Shown one piece after another: positions 61,337-64,000 of a stretch of 64,000 bases of DNA. The notes beneath the pieces were generated by a model. That model searched no databases. It was given only the letters and a program-made list of their open reading frames with translations, and was not told the DNA's origin. Source of the stretch: Methanobacteriota archaeon (GTDB lineage: Archaea > Halobacteriota > Bog-38 > Methanoflorentales > Methanoflorentaceae); NCBI GenBank assembly GCA_963720465.1, contig OY970393.1:1344001-1408000 (forward strand), written 5' to 3'. Made by a program: the position numbers and the translations under genes. Positions within the stretch are counted from its first letter, which is position 1, and the number at the start of each line of letters is the position of its first letter.

Positions 61337-62086
61337 ATGAGTTATAGCAAACGGTTCCCTAGAGTCATTATGGACTATGATGGCGGCGAGCGTCCGGATT
61401 ACGATGACGTAGCTGTTGAGGACAGCCTCACCCTGTTTGTTAACGACATCAGGATCGCGACGCTCATTGCGTCGCCAGAACAGCTCAAAGAACTTTGCAT
61501 CGGATACTTGATCTCTGAGGGCGTCGTCTCAAGTTTTGAAGAGATTCAAAGCATTGACGTCGATGATGATAAGAACGAAGCCTCCATCGTTGTCTCGTCC
61601 TTCGATCAGGTCGAGCTCTGGCAGGAAGTGCGCTCTTCAGGCTGCATCGGGATGAAATGGTGGACAAACGAAGACGTGCGCGTTGATTCTGCGGCTACGT
61701 TTGAAAAGGTGGTCCTCAAAAAGAGCTTGACGCACCTCGACACTCAAGCGCGCAGACAGACGCACGGCGTGCACGTCGCCGGGCTATTTGACGCGACGGG
61801 CAAGCTGCTAGCGCAAGCGGTCGACGTTGGAAGACACAGTGCTATCGATAAGGTCATTGGCATGTACGCGGGCAACGACTTCTCCTACACGTTCCTCCTG
61901 TCATCCGGCAGGCAGCCTGCAGGAATGGTATTGAAAGCGGCTCGGGCAGGCATACCATTGATCCTATCGAAAGCAGCACCTATTAGCACTGGTGTCGAGG
62001 CAGCAGTTCAAGCTGGGGTGACCCTCATATGTTTTGCTACTGGGCGTCAGTTTGCGACGTATTCACATCCAGAGAGGCTCGTTTAG
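61337..62086 (+). CDS. fdhD: Formate dehydrogenase accessory sulfurtransferase
   Basis: SSGC, THGVHVA, DVGRHSAIDKVIG and SSGRQPAGMVLK. Confidence 0.92.
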   Translation: MSYSKRFPRVIMDYDGGERPDYDDVAVEDSLTLFVNDIRIATLIASPEQLKELCIGYLISEGVVSSFEEIQSIDVDDDKNEASIVVSSFDQVELWQEVRSSGCIGMKWWTNEDVRVDSAATFEKVVLKKSLTHLDTQARRQTHGVHVAGLFDATGKLLAQAVDVGRHSAIDKVIGMYAGNDFSYTFLLSSGRQPAGMVLKAARAGIPLILSKAAPISTGVEAAVQAGVTLICFATGRQFATYSHPERLV

Positions 62087-62347
62087 CGTTCTAAAGACCC
62101 TTTTTTGGCGGCAGGCTTTTGGTCTGACAGCGTCTTGGGCATTATTTTGCTTCGCACACTCGATAACTAGATGCCTAGGAGGTGTGGATTAAAGTGCGCT
62201 GTCGCGAAACTTCTGCGTGCTGAGCAATAATAGAAATACGCAGGACGGCTATCCAGGCAAATTAGGGCAATCCGCGGCCTACGGAAAAAAAATGACGCTA
62301 CAGGAACCGCCCGTTGGGAGAAAAAAGGCCCAAGCTAAATACGAGTT

Positions 62348-62971
62348 TCAGTTCGGAACCTCACGTTCGGACATAATCACAAATATGCCGACTTGAGACA
62401 ACAAGTTCTGAAAATGTCCTACCGTCTTGCCAGTCGCGCAGCTTTTCAAACCGATGAGCCGTTCTATGGCGATGTTTCGCGTTCGGCAAAACGCCTGGAA
62501 ATCGCTGATAGTGGAAAGGTGGATATTAGGCGTATCGTACCAGTCGCGGGGCAAAAAATCGACTTTCGGCATTTGTCCTTTGGTGAGGATGTACCATCGA
62601 ATTCTGAAGTAACCAAAATTTGGAAAGCTCACAATCGCCCTATTTCCTACGCGGAGCATTTCCTGAATAACAAGGGTCGGCTTATGAACGACTTGTAGCG
62701 TCTGATTTAACACGATGTAATCGAAAGATGCATCATTATAGTCGCCAAGCCCTTCGTCGATATCGCCTTGAAAGACCGTGAGCCCTTTGCGCACACAAGC
62801 GGCTATACATCGATCGTCGATTTCAACGCCGCGGATATCGGAGACACCGCTTCGTTTTAGCTTCGTCAGCAAGTCCCCGTTTCCGCAGCCGAGATCAAGT
62901 ACGCGTGCGCCACGGGGAATCAGATTAACAATGATATCCTGGTCAAATCGTTGCACCGCTACCGCCCGCAC
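62348..62971 (-). CDS. metW: Methionine biosynthesis protein MetW
   Basis: [23 protein letters not shown] and WYDTPNIH; overlaps metX. Confidence 0.92.
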   Translation of the reverse strand: MRAVAVQRFDQDIIVNLIPRGARVLDLGCGNGDLLTKLKRSGVSDIRGVEIDDRCIAACVRKGLTVFQGDIDEGLGDYNDASFDYIVLNQTLQVVHKPTLVIQEMLRVGNRAIVSFPNFGYFRIRWYILTKGQMPKVDFLPRDWYDTPNIHLSTISDFQAFCRTRNIAIERLIGLKSCATGKTVGHFQNLLSQVGIFVIMSEREVPN

Positions 62972-64000
62972 ACGTTATCGAGAAACCCTGACAGAAGTTC
63001 TGTTAGCGGCCCGACCTCAAGCAGGAATGCATCGTGGCCTCGCGATGACTGAACGTCGCAGTAGGTGACGTCTACGCGTTTCCTGCGGAATGATCTCACG
63101 AGCGCCTTCAATCGCGCAGAGGGGAATAGCCAGTCTGATGAAAATGAAATCACAAACATCTTTGACTTGATCGACGTCAGATCGGGCAGATCAAAATAGT
63201 CCATGGCTTTCGTTATGTAAAGATACGAGTTGGCATCGAAGCGCTCGACGAATCGGTTGCCCTTGTAGTGCAGGTAGCTCTCGACCTCGAAATCTTCTGA
63301 AAACTTGTAGCGATACCCATCCGCCCCTTTGAGCGCCCGCCCAAACTTTTCGTGCATCGACTCCTCACTGAGGTACGTGATGTGTCCTATCATCCGGGCG
63401 AGCGCAAGGCCTTTGCGCGGCGGCGTGCCGTCATAATAGTCGCCGTTCTGCCAGCACGGGTCTGCCATGATCGCTTGCCGGCCTACCTCGTTGAACGCTA
63501 TTCCTTGTGCGGAGAGTCGATTGGCCGCGGCGAGTATCACGGCGGATCGCACGATATCAGGATAATCAACGGCCCACTGCAGCGCCTGCATCCCCCCGAT
63601 GGATCCACCGACAACAGCCAGGAGGGTTTCAATTCCCAAGCCATCGATCAGGCACTTCTGCGCGCGGACCATGTCGCCGACCGTGATGACCGGAAAGCCA
63701 AGTCCGTAAGGACGTCCTGTCGCGGGATCGACACTGCCCGGCCCCGTTGACCCGCTGCACCCTCCAAGGATATTGCAACAGATGACAAAGTAGCGCTCTG
63801 TGTCGAGTGCCTTGCCTGGCCCAATAAAGTCATACCACCAGCCTTGCTCGCCCTTATCGTTTACAAAGCCGGCGTGAGCGCTGCCAGACAAGGCGTGCAG
63901 GAGCAATATTGCGTTATCTTTTGCAGCGTTCAGCTGGCCGTATGTTTCGTACGCGACCGTCACCGGCGAAAGCGTCCTTCCGCAGTCTAACTTAAGTGCA
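62959..64000 (-). CDS. metX: Homoserine O-acetyltransferase (5' end outside the window)
   Basis: [26 protein letters not shown] and GHDAFL. Confidence 0.93.
   Translation of the reverse strand, partial: ALKLDCGRTLSPVTVAYETYGQLNAAKDNAILLLHALSGSAHAGFVNDKGEQGWWYDFIGPGKALDTERYFVICCNILGGCSGSTGPGSVDPATGRPYGLGFPVITVGDMVRAQKCLIDGLGIETLLAVVGGSIGGMQALQWAVDYPDIVRSAVILAAANRLSAQGIAFNEVGRQAIMADPCWQNGDYYDGTPPRKGLALARMIGHITYLSEESMHEKFGRALKGADGYRYKFSEDFEVESYLHYKGNRFVERFDANSYLYITKAMDYFDLPDLTSIKSKMFVISFSSDWLFPSARLKALVRSFRRKRVDVTYCDVQSSRGHDAFLLEVGPLTELLSGFLDNVCGR

Overview
Window from an archaeal chromosome, most likely a Halobacteriota/Methanomicrobia-type methanogen. Support: the DKFP-type aroA'/aroB' shikimate route, the MA1821/MA1822/MA1715-type homocysteine system, TrmB, a PGF-CTERM protein, DUF2769/DUF2284 proteins, and a tRNA-Cys with G37 and no encoded CCA. 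The finer taxonomy is an inference. Housekeeping blocks are SAM cycle, MrfAB-like repair, hisAB, aromatic amino acid biosynthesis, sulfur/methionine metabolism, amtB-glnK and several glycosyltransferases. They alternate with accessory patches of small ORFs, pseudogenes and mobile-element debris (about 8-9, 14-15, 19-29 and 45-59 kb). The best candidates for new biology are: (1) a bacterial-type metK divergent from an ahcY-APH kinase-P-loop kinase-IMPase run, a possible SAM by-product or sugar-phosphate salvage module; (2) a secreted PGF-CTERM-anchored glycoprotein with one CxxCH heme-c motif; (3) an intact CbiA/CfbB paralog with several substituted catalytic residues; (4) an orphan truncated Cas6b-like ORF coupled to a GT87 gene; (5) two orphan phage-type CxxCxH...AFP...GD.GI microproteins, one followed by a run of hairpins. 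No CRISPR array, rRNA or intact transposase was seen. All family calls come from motif recognition by eye; no database searches were run.
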